Positions 41,746 through 51,804 are shown, counted from the stretch's first letter. The stretch is 64,000 nucleotides of DNA from Candidatus Uhrbacteria bacterium GW2011_GWE2_46_68 (GCA_001002765.1 LCMS01000007.1:8170-72169); one strand, 5' to 3'. Translations and numbers: made by a program. Notes: a model not told the origin generated them from the sequence alone.

Positions 41746-42660
41746 TTACCCTCCAAAGAGCGTAAGATTCCCGAGATTCGCGATATTGCGTTCATACGCT
41801 TTCATCATATCTGCCAATTTGCCACCCGCATCAAAAACCGTATGATCTTGTCCTTGGAATTTATACCCGTGTCTTTCTTGTAATTCCCTGGCAGACGAAG
41901 GGTTTTCTACAAAAATAGCGCGCCATAAGCTATCCAACGGACGCTGCAGCTGTTTTTCAAAGAGCCTCCTGCAGGCCTCACGCGTCTCATTTTCCTTCCA
42001 TCGATCCATGAGAGGAACTGTAGGAACAGAAACCGGAATCGGAATTTTTTCACTGAGCCTATCGCCAAGAAAAAATCGAGCTGTGGGAATACCTACTCGT
42101 TTTGTGAGTGGATCGACCCATGAACGCGGAAGAAAAAAGTAATAGGTGGCGTGTACGCGTCGGTTGATTGCTTCTGCAGTGCGTGCTTCATAACGCAATC
42201 CTTCAAACGCATCAGGAACAAACCACATGATAGGAAGATGATTTGGAGTCAAAAAATAGAAAATATCCACAACACCACCTTCGTGCTCGGGGCGAAGGAT
42301 GGCCGTCAGACCCAAGAGCATTTGTTCGATATCTATTTGGATGCTATAGCGAACTCTGTCTGCTCTGGCAAACATACGACGAGTCACATGCTCATGAGCA
42401 GGACTGAATGTCACACTCCAACGTACCAACACGGCATTCTCATCATTTTGAGCACATGTGGTGATAGAGTGAATGCGTATGCGCATACCGATGAGTGCAG
42501 GCACTTCACCCGTAGAAATGGGAGCGGAAAAAGAAACCATTGGGACGTTCAATTCCTTCAAAAACTTCTGCACTTGGGCGTTGTTGGTACTGACAATTTC
42601 CCGGCGTCCTGGATAACGAACCTGTTCTGTGAGGGAAAGCTCACTTTTCCAGATAATCAT
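41746..42660 (-). CDS. Hypothetical protein (orphan)
   Basis: 304-aa ORF with GGAGG upstream of ATG 42660. Confidence 0.65.
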   Translation of the reverse strand: MIIWKSELSLTEQVRYPGRREIVSTNNAQVQKFLKELNVPMVSFSAPISTGEVPALIGMRIRIHSITTCAQNDENAVLVRWSVTFSPAHEHVTRRMFARADRVRYSIQIDIEQMLLGLTAILRPEHEGGVVDIFYFLTPNHLPIMWFVPDAFEGLRYEARTAEAINRRVHATYYFFLPRSWVDPLTKRVGIPTARFFLGDRLSEKIPIPVSVPTVPLMDRWKENETREACRRLFEKQLQRPLDSLWRAIFVENPSSARELQERHGYKFQGQDHTVFDAGGKLADMMKAYERNIANLGNLTLFGG

Positions 42661-42722
42661 GAAAAGGGCCTCCGTGGGTTGGAAAGAGCGTCTGTAGTAA
42701 ACCAAAACCATTCCTAAAAGTC

Positions 42723-42749
42723 AAAACACTCCCGAAGGAGTGTTTTTTT
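42723..42749. terminator. Intrinsic terminator after rpsI
   Basis: aaaacactcc-cgaa-ggagtgtttt. Confidence 0.7.
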
Positions 42750-42755
42750 GTTTGT

Positions 42756-43163
42756 CTAACGCTTGGACCACTGAGGACTGCGGCGTGCGGATTTTTTTCC
42801 GTATTTTTTTCGTTCTCGTACGCGAGCATCTCGACTCAAATAGCCTTCTTTCTTTAATGTCGTGCGTAAGGAAGCATTCCACTCAACAAGAGCTCGTGCA
42901 ACCCCCAATTGAACACTGTCGGCCTGCCCTGTAATTCCTCCACCCTTTACCTGAACCGTCACATCGAATTGGTTCGCCATACCAATTTTTTCAAAAGGAA
43001 GCATAACCTTTTGTAGCATGGTTTCGATCGTAAAATATTCTTTAGCCTCACGCTTATTGATCGTTACCTTCCCTGTCCCATTGGGATAGAGACGAACTTG
43101 TGCCACAGCCTCCTTTCGTCGACCGATGGTTTGAATATAGGTCTTGTTCGGTGTGTCTTCCAT
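42756..43163 (-). CDS. rpsI: 30S ribosomal protein S9
   Basis: GRRKEAVAQV, GGGITGQ, PQWSKR. Confidence 0.98.
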   Translation of the reverse strand: MEDTPNKTYIQTIGRRKEAVAQVRLYPNGTGKVTINKREAKEYFTIETMLQKVMLPFEKIGMANQFDVTVQVKGGGITGQADSVQLGVARALVEWNASLRTTLKKEGYLSRDARVRERKKYGKKSARRSPQWSKR

Positions 43164-43164
43164 A

Positions 43165-43524
43165 CTAGTTTGAAATAGTCAAACGCTTCATGCGTTCTTT
43201 ACGCCAAGAATTTTTTGGGAGCATGCGTGAAACAGCTCGACGTAATACTTCGGCTGGATCCTTCTGCCATATTTGTTTTACAGAAGTTGTCTTTAAACCA
43301 TGAGGATAAGTGGAATGATGGTAATAGGACTTTTGATCCATTTTCTTTCCGGTTAAAATCATTCCTGCCGCATGAATCACTTCTATAAAATCTCCTTCGT
43401 CCAAATGAGATTGAAAACTCGGTTTATGCTTTCCGATCAAATGTGCTGCAATATCAGTCGCAATACGCCCCACAGCTTTTCCTTTCGCATCAACCGTATA
43501 AATATTTTTTTTGGGTGTTGCCAT
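43165..43524 (-). CDS. rplM: 50S ribosomal protein L13
   Basis: VDA...GRIAT, GKHKP, MLPKN. Confidence 0.96.
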   Translation of the reverse strand: MATPKKNIYTVDAKGKAVGRIATDIAAHLIGKHKPSFQSHLDEGDFIEVIHAAGMILTGKKMDQKSYYHHSTYPHGLKTTSVKQIWQKDPAEVLRRAVSRMLPKNSWRKERMKRLTISN

Positions 43525-43525
43525 A

Positions 43526-43876
43526 CTAAACAAGTTCAATAAGAACCATATCGGCGCCATCATTGGGGCGATGGCCTAATTTTGTGATACGTGTATATCC
43601 TCCTTGTCGATCGTGATAGCGAGGACCAAGAACTTCAAAAATTTTTTTAATAGGATGATCTGTGTAGAAAAACGTGAGGAGAAGACGACGAGCGCTTAAA
43701 GAATCTTTTTTTCCTTTTGTTATCGCTTTCTCAACCAATGGTTGAACGGCTTTTGCTTTTGCAGCTGTTGTTTTTACTTTTTCATATAAAATAACGCTCG
43801 CTGCTAAATTGCGCAGCATAGCCTCTCTGGGAGCTTTTGCTCGATCAAGAATGGTTCCTGATTTTCTATGACGCAT
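43526..43876 (-). CDS. rplQ: 50S ribosomal protein L17
   Basis: MRHRK, TTAAKAK, GGYTRI. Confidence 0.97.
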   Translation of the reverse strand: MRHRKSGTILDRAKAPREAMLRNLAASVILYEKVKTTAAKAKAVQPLVEKAITKGKKDSLSARRLLLTFFYTDHPIKKIFEVLGPRYHDRQGGYTRITKLGHRPNDGADMVLIELV

Positions 43877-43898
43877 ACATCACGTAATAATTCATTCG

Positions 43899-44642
43899 TT
43901 AACGATCCTCCTCGGTTGTAAAATTCTCTTGCTCAGTGCGATGAAGAATAGAATCTGCATGAGGCATAAGAAGCATGAAATGATCCATAAGGATCTTTGC
44001 TGACTGACGCACTGCTTCTTCGGCAGTGATAGTACCATCTGTTTCAATGGCCATGACCAAACGATCGTAGTTCGTAATTTCTCCCACGCGTGTGTTTTCG
44101 ACGCGATATCCCACATTGCGCACAGGCGAAAAAAGGGCATCGATTGCAATCATTCCAATCACTTGACTCTCTGTTCGTCGTTCTTCAGTGGGACTATATC
44201 CACGACCTCGAGAAACAACCAATTCCATATCAATCTCTGATTTTGTATCAGTCAAGGTCGCAATTTTATGATCACCATTGATGATTTCCACATCGGCGTT
44301 TGCTTCAATATCCTCTGCGGTCACTTCCTTTTTCCCTGAAGTTTTCAAACGAAGCAAGACGGGTTCTTCTTGAAAACATTTCAAACGGAGACCTTTGATA
44401 TTTAAAATGATTTCCAGTGCATCTTCCTTCACACCTTCAATAGCCTGAAATTCATGGTTCACGCCTTTAATTTTTACAGCCGTGATAGCGGCGCCGGCAA
44501 GAGAAGAAAGCAATACACGTCGAAGAGCGTTTCCAATGGTTGTTCCATACCCATGAAAACAAGGCTCCATGATCAGTGTCCCCTCATGGGGCCTCTCACC
44601 TGCCTCAAAGGTGATGTGATTAGGAAGAAGGATATTCTCCAT
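43899..44642 (-). CDS. rpoA: RNA polymerase alpha subunit (N-terminal domain only, 247 aa)
   Basis: GYGTTIGNALRRVLLSS, HEF, IDALFSPV, ETDG. Confidence 0.97.
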   Translation of the reverse strand: MENILLPNHITFEAGERPHEGTLIMEPCFHGYGTTIGNALRRVLLSSLAGAAITAVKIKGVNHEFQAIEGVKEDALEIILNIKGLRLKCFQEEPVLLRLKTSGKKEVTAEDIEANADVEIINGDHKIATLTDTKSEIDMELVVSRGRGYSPTEERRTESQVIGMIAIDALFSPVRNVGYRVENTRVGEITNYDRLVMAIETDGTITAEEAVRQSAKILMDHFMLLMPHADSILHRTEQENFTTEEDR

Positions 44643-44669
44643 AGATGTTCAAGCAAATTATGCTTGCTA

Positions 44670-45290
44670 TTAACGAGAATAAAATTCCACGATAAGGGTC
44701 GGATCGAATACCTGTCGAAGATCCTCCCCCTCAGGAATGGCTGTTATTTTCCCTGTTGTTGTTGTGCTATCGAAACTCAACCATTTTGGTGTTTCGTGTT
44801 TTTGGATACCATCTAAATTCTCTTTTGTAACCCCCTTCTGTATCTTTGAATCTTTAATTTTGATTTCATCTCCAATCTGTACACGGAAAGAAGGGATGTC
44901 CACTGATTTTCCGTTGACCATAATAAAACCATGAGAAACCATTTGACGTGCTTGTCGACGAGTTTTTCCTAAACCTAAACGATAAATGACATTATCTAAA
45001 CGGCTTTCTAAAACTTGTACGAGAAATTCCGCTGTATTGCCTTTGCGACTTGAAGCTTCTTCCACATAACGGACAAATTGTTTTTCCAAGATTCCATATA
45101 ACCGTTTTGCTTTTTGTTTCTCACGCAACTGCAATCCATATCCGGAAAGACGAGGTCGATGTTTCAAATATTTAGGACCGTGGACACCTGGTGGAAAATG
45201 ACGACGCTTGAGTGCACAATGATCTTTTCCACAAAGCGAAACTCCTTCGCGACGGCACATTTTGCAACTTATTTTCATTTTTGATGCCAT
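44670..45290 (-). CDS. rpsD: 30S ribosomal protein S4
   Basis: CKMCRREG, LREKQK, LESRLDNV, IVEFYSR. Confidence 0.98.
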   Translation of the reverse strand: MASKMKISCKMCRREGVSLCGKDHCALKRRHFPPGVHGPKYLKHRPRLSGYGLQLREKQKAKRLYGILEKQFVRYVEEASSRKGNTAEFLVQVLESRLDNVIYRLGLGKTRRQARQMVSHGFIMVNGKSVDIPSFRVQIGDEIKIKDSKIQKGVTKENLDGIQKHETPKWLSFDSTTTTGKITAIPEGEDLRQVFDPTLIVEFYSR

Positions 45291-45298
45291 AGATTCCT

Positions 45299-45700
45299 TT
45301 AAACTCTACGTGGACGTGATGGCCGACAACCATTGTGTGGGAGTGGCGTAATGTCCTTAATTGACAATACATGGAAACCATTTGCATTGAGAGCTCGTAC
45401 GGCTGAATCACGTCCAGAACCAACGCCTTTTACATAGACATTCAATTCTTTGACTCCAATGTCTTTTACCTTTTCTGCAACAGATTTTACAATTGTACTT
45501 GCTGCATAAGGTGTAGACTTTTTTGGTCCTTTGAAACCACAATTTCCTGCACTCGCCCATGCAAGCGTATTTCCATTCAAATCTGTAATCGTAATAATGG
45601 TGTTGTTGTATGTTGCCTGAATATAAGCGCAACCATGAGAGACTTGCTTAACAATTTTTTTCTTTTTCGTCTTGGTTTTTACGCTAGGGGTCGTTGTCAT
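45299..45700 (-). CDS. rpsK: 30S ribosomal protein S11
   Basis: TYNNT, KSTPYAA, PHNGCRP. Confidence 0.98.
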   Translation of the reverse strand: MTTTPSVKTKTKKKKIVKQVSHGCAYIQATYNNTIITITDLNGNTLAWASAGNCGFKGPKKSTPYAASTIVKSVAEKVKDIGVKELNVYVKGVGSGRDSAVRALNANGFHVLSIKDITPLPHNGCRPSRPRRV

Positions 45701-45701
45701 A

Positions 45702-46088
45702 TTAGGTCTTTGTCAAGGTGCGTTTACCGCTTCCTGTTGTGCGTCTCACATTGCCGCGCACTGTACGAGAATTCGTTTTCGTTCGTTGACCACGTACCGG
45801 CAAATGTTTCATATGTCGTGTCCCACGATAACAATTGATATCCTTTAGACGCTTAATAAAAGAGAGGACGTCACGTCGTAAATCACCCTCTAGACGATAT
45901 TGTTTCTCGATCAACTGACGCAGTTGATTCACTTCTTCCTCTGTAAGATCTTTTGTACGCTTTTCTGGATCAACACCTGCGGTTTTTAATGTCTGTAAAG
46001 CACGTGTCTTTCCAATACCATAAATATACGTGAGAGAAACGACGATGCTTTTATTTGTAGGGAGGGTTACTCCGGCTATACGTGCCAT
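45702..46088 (-). CDS. rpsM: 30S ribosomal protein S13
   Basis: [22 protein letters not shown]. Confidence 0.98.
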   Translation of the reverse strand: MARIAGVTLPTNKSIVVSLTYIYGIGKTRALQTLKTAGVDPEKRTKDLTEEEVNQLRQLIEKQYRLEGDLRRDVLSFIKRLKDINCYRGTRHMKHLPVRGQRTKTNSRTVRGNVRRTTGSGKRTLTKT

Positions 46089-46091
46089 AAT

Positions 46092-46205
46092 TTATCCTTG
46101 ACGTTGCTTATGACGTGGATTTTTACAAATAACGATAACGCGCCCCTCTCGACGAAGGACTTTACAATCTCGACAAATTTTTTTTGCAGAAGCTCGAACC
46201 TTCAT
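46092..46205 (-). CDS. rpmJ: 50S ribosomal protein L36 (37 aa; absent from the ORF track)
   Basis: Manual translation [37 protein letters not shown]. Confidence 0.97.
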   Translation of the reverse strand: MKVRASAKKICRDCKVLRREGRVIVICKNPRHKQRQG

Positions 46206-46268
46206 ACAGTAAGAGATGAACAAACGCCATCGAACTTCATTCGATGACGTTGTAAAAGAGAATAAAGA

Positions 46269-46493
46269 TTAGTATCGGTAGACAATGCGTCCTTTCGTTA
46301 CATCATAAGGACTCATCTCCATTTTTACTTCATCCCCCGGAAGAAGACGAATGCGATTCATGCGCATCTTTCCTGAGAGATGTCCGATCACTTTTTGCCC
46401 ATTTTCAAGACAAACTCTGAAGTTGGCTGAAGGAAGCAATTCCTCAACGATTCCGTGTACCTCAATAAAATCTTTTGCTAACGTTTGACTCAT
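46269..46493 (-). CDS. infA: Translation initiation factor IF-1
   Basis: [27 protein letters not shown]. Confidence 0.97.
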   Translation of the reverse strand: MSQTLAKDFIEVHGIVEELLPSANFRVCLENGQKVIGHLSGKMRMNRIRLLPGDEVKMEMSPYDVTKGRIVYRY

Positions 46494-46602
46494 ACATGAT
46501 TAAAAGTGCGAGAATTCGCACGACTTTTTTACACAAAAACTGCTAAAAGTCTATCAATTTCTTTTACGTCGTGCAAACCTCCTCCTAAACAAATGCGCGG
46601 CT

Positions 46603-46631
46603 ATTGTAGGGTTTTCTGTTTTGACTGTCAA
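46603..46631 (-). promoter_or_regulatory. Sigma70 promoter of the infA-rpoA-rpsI cluster
   Basis: TTGACA-17 nt-TACAAT on the - strand. Confidence 0.75.
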
Positions 46632-46658
46632 GGAATCAGAGGGGAGTTTTCCCCAATT

Positions 46659-48446
46659 TTAAGCCATTTTCTCAAGAGTGGCTTTGATTCTCCTAATACC
46701 TGCGGCCACCGCTTCTTCTTTGGTGATCTTAAAATGCCCCAAATTGGCTGTATTCTCTACATGAGGCCCCCCGCAAACCTCTTTGCTCACATATCCTCTT
46801 TTTTCATCCCCAATAAAATATACTTTTACTTGAGAACCTAATTTTTCGTATTTTTCTTCAAAAACACCCAAAGCTCCTTTTTCTTTCGCTGTGGCCAACG
46901 GCATATTCTCAAACCTTACGGGCAAAGCCCTCTTTATCTGTTCATTCACAAACTGCTCTACTGCTTGAAGTTGTTCGGAAGAAAGTTTTTCCCCATGAGA
47001 AAAATCAAAACGCAATCTCTCCTCGGTAATATTGGATCCTCGCTGAAAAACATGAGGACCTAATGTTTGACGAAGAGCTGACTGCAATAAGTGTGTAACC
47101 GTATGGAGTTTGGTTGTTTTCTCTGAATGATCTGCAAGACCTCCGGAAAACTTCCTCTCTGCTCCGGCACGGGAAAGATCCTGATGTTTCTTAAATTCCT
47201 CAGTAAACTTTTGACGATCAACCGTTTGTCCCTTCTCTTGTATTAATTCTTCCGTGAGTTCTAAAGGAAAACCAAACGTAGAATAAAGAATAAAAGCACT
47301 TTCTCCACGAATCTGGTGATCCTTTTCAAACATCTTTTCAAATTCTCTCAACCCTTTTTCTAGTGTTTTTAAAAACTTCTCTTCCTCTTGTGTCAAAGCA
47401 GAAAAAATGGATTGTGCGTTTTTTTCTAGCTCTGGATAAAATTCTTGGAGATCCTTAATGACAACAGATGCGAGAGCGGACAAAAAAGGTTTTGTCATGC
47501 TCAATGATCTACCATAACGAACGGCACGACGAATTAAACGCCTTAAAACATACCCCTGATCCTTATTGGAAGGAGTAATCCCCTCACTTATGATCATGGT
47601 TGCTGCGCGCACATGATCCGCAATGATACGCATGGCACGAATTGTATCCTCAGATTGACGATAGGCCTTTCCACTCATAGCCTCTTCTGTCTGTATCAAA
47701 CGTTGAAATGAATCGATTTCATAGACAGAAGGCAAATCGTTCAACGCCACGACTGTTCGTTCCACACCCATCCCCGTGTCCACATTTGGTTTTGAAAGAA
47801 GATGAAGGTTTCCCATCTCATCTTTACGATATTGCATAAATACATTGTTCCAAATCTCCACCCACCGTTTTTCTTTGGAATCAAACGTTTCTGGTGCCGG
47901 ATCAGAACCTGTCCAAAAGAAAATTTCCGTATCAGGTCCGCACGGACCAGTCTGGCCGGCAGGCCCCCACCAATTGTCTTCTCGTCCAAGATAAGCAATA
48001 CGCTTTTCAGATACACCTAAAGAAATCCAAAGAGCGGCAGATTCCTCATCTCTCGGCACATTCCCTTCCCCTGCAAAAACTGTAAAAGCCAATTTTTCCA
48101 AAGGAAGCTGTAATACTTTGGTCAAAAACTCAAAACTCCAAATAATAGACTCTTTTTTGAAATAATCTTGTAACGACCAATTTCCTAACATCTCAAAAAA
48201 GGTAAGATGCGTATCATCACCTACTTCATCAATGTCCCCTGTCCGAATGCATTTTTGTATATTGACCAAGCGTCGTCCTGCCGGATGAGCCTCACCCAAA
48301 AGATAGGGAACCAAAGGTTGCATTCCCGCAGTAATAAACAAAGCGGTTGGATCATTTTCCGGAATCAAAGATGCCGAAGGAATAACGGCATGATCTTTCT
48401 GGGAAAAAAAATGTAGATACGCTTCGCGTAATTCTCGTACGGTCAT
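46659..48446 (-). CDS. alaS: Alanine-tRNA ligase (short form lacking the C-Ala domain)
   Basis: TAGMQP, FFEMLGN, DTGMG, HTVTH and CGGPH editing motifs; ends at GIRRIKA. Confidence 0.96.
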   Translation of the reverse strand: MTVRELREAYLHFFSQKDHAVIPSASLIPENDPTALFITAGMQPLVPYLLGEAHPAGRRLVNIQKCIRTGDIDEVGDDTHLTFFEMLGNWSLQDYFKKESIIWSFEFLTKVLQLPLEKLAFTVFAGEGNVPRDEESAALWISLGVSEKRIAYLGREDNWWGPAGQTGPCGPDTEIFFWTGSDPAPETFDSKEKRWVEIWNNVFMQYRKDEMGNLHLLSKPNVDTGMGVERTVVALNDLPSVYEIDSFQRLIQTEEAMSGKAYRQSEDTIRAMRIIADHVRAATMIISEGITPSNKDQGYVLRRLIRRAVRYGRSLSMTKPFLSALASVVIKDLQEFYPELEKNAQSIFSALTQEEEKFLKTLEKGLREFEKMFEKDHQIRGESAFILYSTFGFPLELTEELIQEKGQTVDRQKFTEEFKKHQDLSRAGAERKFSGGLADHSEKTTKLHTVTHLLQSALRQTLGPHVFQRGSNITEERLRFDFSHGEKLSSEQLQAVEQFVNEQIKRALPVRFENMPLATAKEKGALGVFEEKYEKLGSQVKVYFIGDEKRGYVSKEVCGGPHVENTANLGHFKITKEEAVAAGIRRIKATLEKMA

Positions 48447-48481
48447 ACTGTGGACATTGTAAAGTATCTCATTTAGAGCGT

Positions 48482-50104
48482 CTATGTGGAGAATCCTCCA
48501 TCCAGTGGTACAGATTCGCTTGGCTTATATGCTCTCAAAAATTTCTTTCGCATTCCCATGATGATTGCCTGCAATTCCTCAGATCGCAAGAGAAAAGAAA
48601 CAAGGAGATAACTGGAAAGTCCTATTCCTCCGGCAAAACACCCTTGAAAAAATACACCTAAAAATGTGTCTAGAGAAAACAATTGAACAGCCACGGGTTT
48701 TAGAAGCTGTGTCACTAAGGCACATACCAAACCGGCCACTGTTGTTTTGAATAAAGCGGAAATCATTTTAGATTCCCCCAAGGTTCCTAACCGTTGTCGA
48801 AGAGGCACCCATAAAAGAGCGAGTTGAATAATGGAAGCGATGGAAAAAGCTATACCAAGCCCGATGACACCAAATATTGAGGTGAGCCAAAAAGCACTGA
48901 CAAGCCCCACCACAACAGACACAATTCCTGCCATCATGGGAGTGACAGTATCATGAAGCCCAAAAAAAGCTCGAGCCAATACATAGACAAGAGATTGTGG
49001 AATAAAAGTAAGAGAAAAAAATGCCAATGTATCTGCGGTAAGAATTGTTGCCTCCCAATCAAAGGCTCCTGCTCCTACGACCAGACGCACCATTTGCGCG
49101 CGTAAAACAAGAAAAAGAATAGTCATAGGTACCAAAAGGAACAAAAGCTGTCGCACCACATTCACAAATGTTTCCACAAAAGCCTCCACCCGTTTTCCCT
49201 CTAACAATTCTGTAAAGGTGGGAAAAGCCGCGATCGCATAAGAAATCCCAATGATCCCAACGGGAAAATATTCAATGTTATAAGCGAATTGAAAAATAGA
49301 AACACTTCCCACAGCCAATCCTGAAGCAATCATGGTAAAAAAAACAAACATGATTTGTTGCACAGCAATTCCGAGCATGCGAGGACCTGTCAGACGTATC
49401 ACTTCTTTCGTGTCATGATCCCGCGGATGAAATGTCCACTGGTAACGATATCCTGACCCATATACACCCACCACTTGTACCCCCAAGTGCAAAAGAGCCC
49501 CAAAAACTACTCCCCAGGCAAGTCCAATATCTCCCCACCAATCTACAAACCACAATGCTCCTGCAATAATGCCCAAGTTATAAAAAATGGGTGCGATCGC
49601 ATAAAGTGCAAAACGTTTCAAGCTTTGTAGTGCGCTGCCAAAAACCATGGAACAAGCCAATAGCACTTGTGCCAATAACATGATGCGAAAAAAAACCATG
49701 ACTAATTCTTGTTTTGCAAGAGAAAACCCCGGTGCAATCAAAGAAGAAAAAAATGGAGCAAACACCGCAAGAAGCAAGGAAACTCCTCCGACAGAAACTA
49801 CCACTAAATGCAAAAAATTATTTGAAAAAATCCAAGCCTTCTTTCGATCAAACGGATGGTGGTAGTACTTGCTAAAAAGAGGAATAAAGCTCGCGGATAA
49901 AGATCCGACCACAAGCAAACTGAACATGAAATCGGGAATTTTAAACGCCGCATAATAGGCATCAAGTGTATCTCCTGCTCCAAAGGCTCCGGCTAAAATA
50001 CGATCGCGTGCAAATCCCACCAATCGACTTACAAAAGAAAACAGGCCCACCATGACGGCTGCACTAATAATCGTTTTTGATTCGAGGTGAAAGAATTTAA
50101 ACAT
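48482..50104 (-). CDS. murJ: Lipid II flippase MurJ
   Basis: SRLVGFARD, AAFKIPD, SFIP; about 14 TMs. Confidence 0.93.
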   Translation of the reverse strand: MFKFFHLESKTIISAAVMVGLFSFVSRLVGFARDRILAGAFGAGDTLDAYYAAFKIPDFMFSLLVVGSLSASFIPLFSKYYHHPFDRKKAWIFSNNFLHLVVVSVGGVSLLLAVFAPFFSSLIAPGFSLAKQELVMVFFRIMLLAQVLLACSMVFGSALQSLKRFALYAIAPIFYNLGIIAGALWFVDWWGDIGLAWGVVFGALLHLGVQVVGVYGSGYRYQWTFHPRDHDTKEVIRLTGPRMLGIAVQQIMFVFFTMIASGLAVGSVSIFQFAYNIEYFPVGIIGISYAIAAFPTFTELLEGKRVEAFVETFVNVVRQLLFLLVPMTILFLVLRAQMVRLVVGAGAFDWEATILTADTLAFFSLTFIPQSLVYVLARAFFGLHDTVTPMMAGIVSVVVGLVSAFWLTSIFGVIGLGIAFSIASIIQLALLWVPLRQRLGTLGESKMISALFKTTVAGLVCALVTQLLKPVAVQLFSLDTFLGVFFQGCFAGGIGLSSYLLVSFLLRSEELQAIIMGMRKKFLRAYKPSESVPLDGGFST

Positions 50105-51236
50105 GAAAATGATCGTCTTCGCGTACGCTAATCTTTCTTTGCTTCATTTTCTTTGTCCGTGCATTTTTCTCAAAAAAATGTAACCCCCACGCTCCCAATA
50201 CTCCACCCCCCACCAAACAAGCAAGAATCCCCTGCACCAAAGGATTTTCTAACACCCAAAAAGGAATATCTAAAAACACCTGATCCTCGGATACAACTCC
50301 CTGATCATTGGTTATTTGTAAAGAAACTTCGTAAGATCCTGCTCTTGTAAAACTGTGTTCCAGGGAACGTTTCTGTGAAGTCACTCCATCCCCAAAATCC
50401 CAAGTCATCACCACACCTTCTTTCTCTGGGGTTAATGCTTCGAATTGAAAGGTCTTCCACGATTGACGTTTAAACGTAAAAAGAGCTTGAGGAGAAGATA
50501 AAAGTGGGGCTGCCGACTGCCAATCCTCATCACCATTCTCTGTCGGCAAAACAAAAACGACTTGTTCAAACGTTTCTTGCATGTTTTCAACTACCTGTTG
50601 CACCAAGGTTGAAGATGCCGCCTCTTTGGAAGAATCTTTTTCGATTGGTTCTTCTTCCTCTTTTTGTTCTTCAAAACGATCTGGATCATCGGGATATACA
50701 TCCTCTTCGTTCTCTACACGATCCCCATCGCGATCACTATCGCAGATATCTCCCTTTCCATCATGGTCTGCATCGTTTTGATTCGCATTCGAGCTCGTAG
50801 AGCAATTATCATCTTCATTTAAAATTCCGTCCCCGTCATCATCAAACACGGGCTCATACGTTCCGGTGAGAGCAAAATTATTTTCGGCATATATATCTTC
50901 CGGAACTGTTCCACGAATTTCCGCACGCAAGTTAAAAGAACTCGAGGGCACCACAAAATCCACATACACCTCTTCTGGCGCCCCATCATGCAAAACCGAA
51001 ATCATCTGTGAATCTCCCACAGGAATCGATCCTTGGAAAAAACTCACATATCCTGTGACATCCATGTCCCCCGCATTACGCACGGTCGCATAAATACGTA
51101 CCGTGGATCCGGCGACCAAATCATCAGAAAAACGAATTTCTGAAGCTTGAATGGAAAGATTGGCTGTCTGTGCGTATAAGACCAGAGGCCAAAACCCTAT
51201 ACTCACAACAAAAAGAAAAAGAGAAAAATAACGCAT
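50097..51236 (-). CDS. Surface protein with a CARDB-like domain, thrombospondin type-3 repeats, a PKD domain and a C-terminal TM
   Basis: Signal peptide; DDDGDG...DNC...NQ.D.D.DG.GD.CD; WDFGDG; hydrophobic tail. Confidence 0.82.
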   Translation of the reverse strand: MRYFSLFLFVVSIGFWPLVLYAQTANLSIQASEIRFSDDLVAGSTVRIYATVRNAGDMDVTGYVSFFQGSIPVGDSQMISVLHDGAPEEVYVDFVVPSSSFNLRAEIRGTVPEDIYAENNFALTGTYEPVFDDDGDGILNEDDNCSTSSNANQNDADHDGKGDICDSDRDGDRVENEEDVYPDDPDRFEEQKEEEEPIEKDSSKEAASSTLVQQVVENMQETFEQVVFVLPTENGDEDWQSAAPLLSSPQALFTFKRQSWKTFQFEALTPEKEGVVMTWDFGDGVTSQKRSLEHSFTRAGSYEVSLQITNDQGVVSEDQVFLDIPFWVLENPLVQGILACLVGGGVLGAWGLHFFEKNARTKKMKQRKISVREDDHFHV

Positions 51237-51240
51237 AAAA

Positions 51241-51804
51241 TCAAAGGGGTTGAAAAGTGTCGCTTGAGTGGAGACCGTACAAAATCGCTTCGTCAATCGT
51301 CAGGTGCAACACAGGATGAAAACTTGGGTGCACGCGTACGACGACATAAGGAATCACGCGTGAAGGAGAGGAGGTTGTGACAAGAGAAATCACGTCTGAA
51401 TGATGGAATCCAAATTGCTTTGCTCGTTTTTCGCTGAGATGAAGATGGCGAATGGGAAGAATGGCACACGCAAGTTTTTTGATGGAACCAGCCGCTCCCT
51501 CAAGTGCCACCACCCCTGCACGACCCATATCACCCGAAAGACGAGAAGGCGCCTTAATCCCCAAAGCCATCGCGTCTGTAGCTGTTAATTCCACTTGTGT
51601 TTTTTGACGTTCAGGCCCCAAGACAGGTACGAACAACTCTTTTCCCTTTCCTCCTTTTACCAAAACGCAATCGCCCGAAAAAAACTGACCTTGATGTTTT
51701 GTGGACGATTGTTTGGTCCAAGGAAAATCTCCAAATAACATCTGACGATCTTTGGAAGAAAGATGGATATGTCGATAAACGATTTCAAGAGGAATAGGTG
51801 TCAT
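51241..51804 (-). CDS. PduL-type phosphate acyltransferase-like protein
   Basis: Duplicated RH(I/L)HLS, VLGPER..TQVE, RLSGD. Confidence 0.82.
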   Translation of the reverse strand: MTPIPLEIVYRHIHLSSKDRQMLFGDFPWTKQSSTKHQGQFFSGDCVLVKGGKGKELFVPVLGPERQKTQVELTATDAMALGIKAPSRLSGDMGRAGVVALEGAAGSIKKLACAILPIRHLHLSEKRAKQFGFHHSDVISLVTTSSPSRVIPYVVVRVHPSFHPVLHLTIDEAILYGLHSSDTFQPL

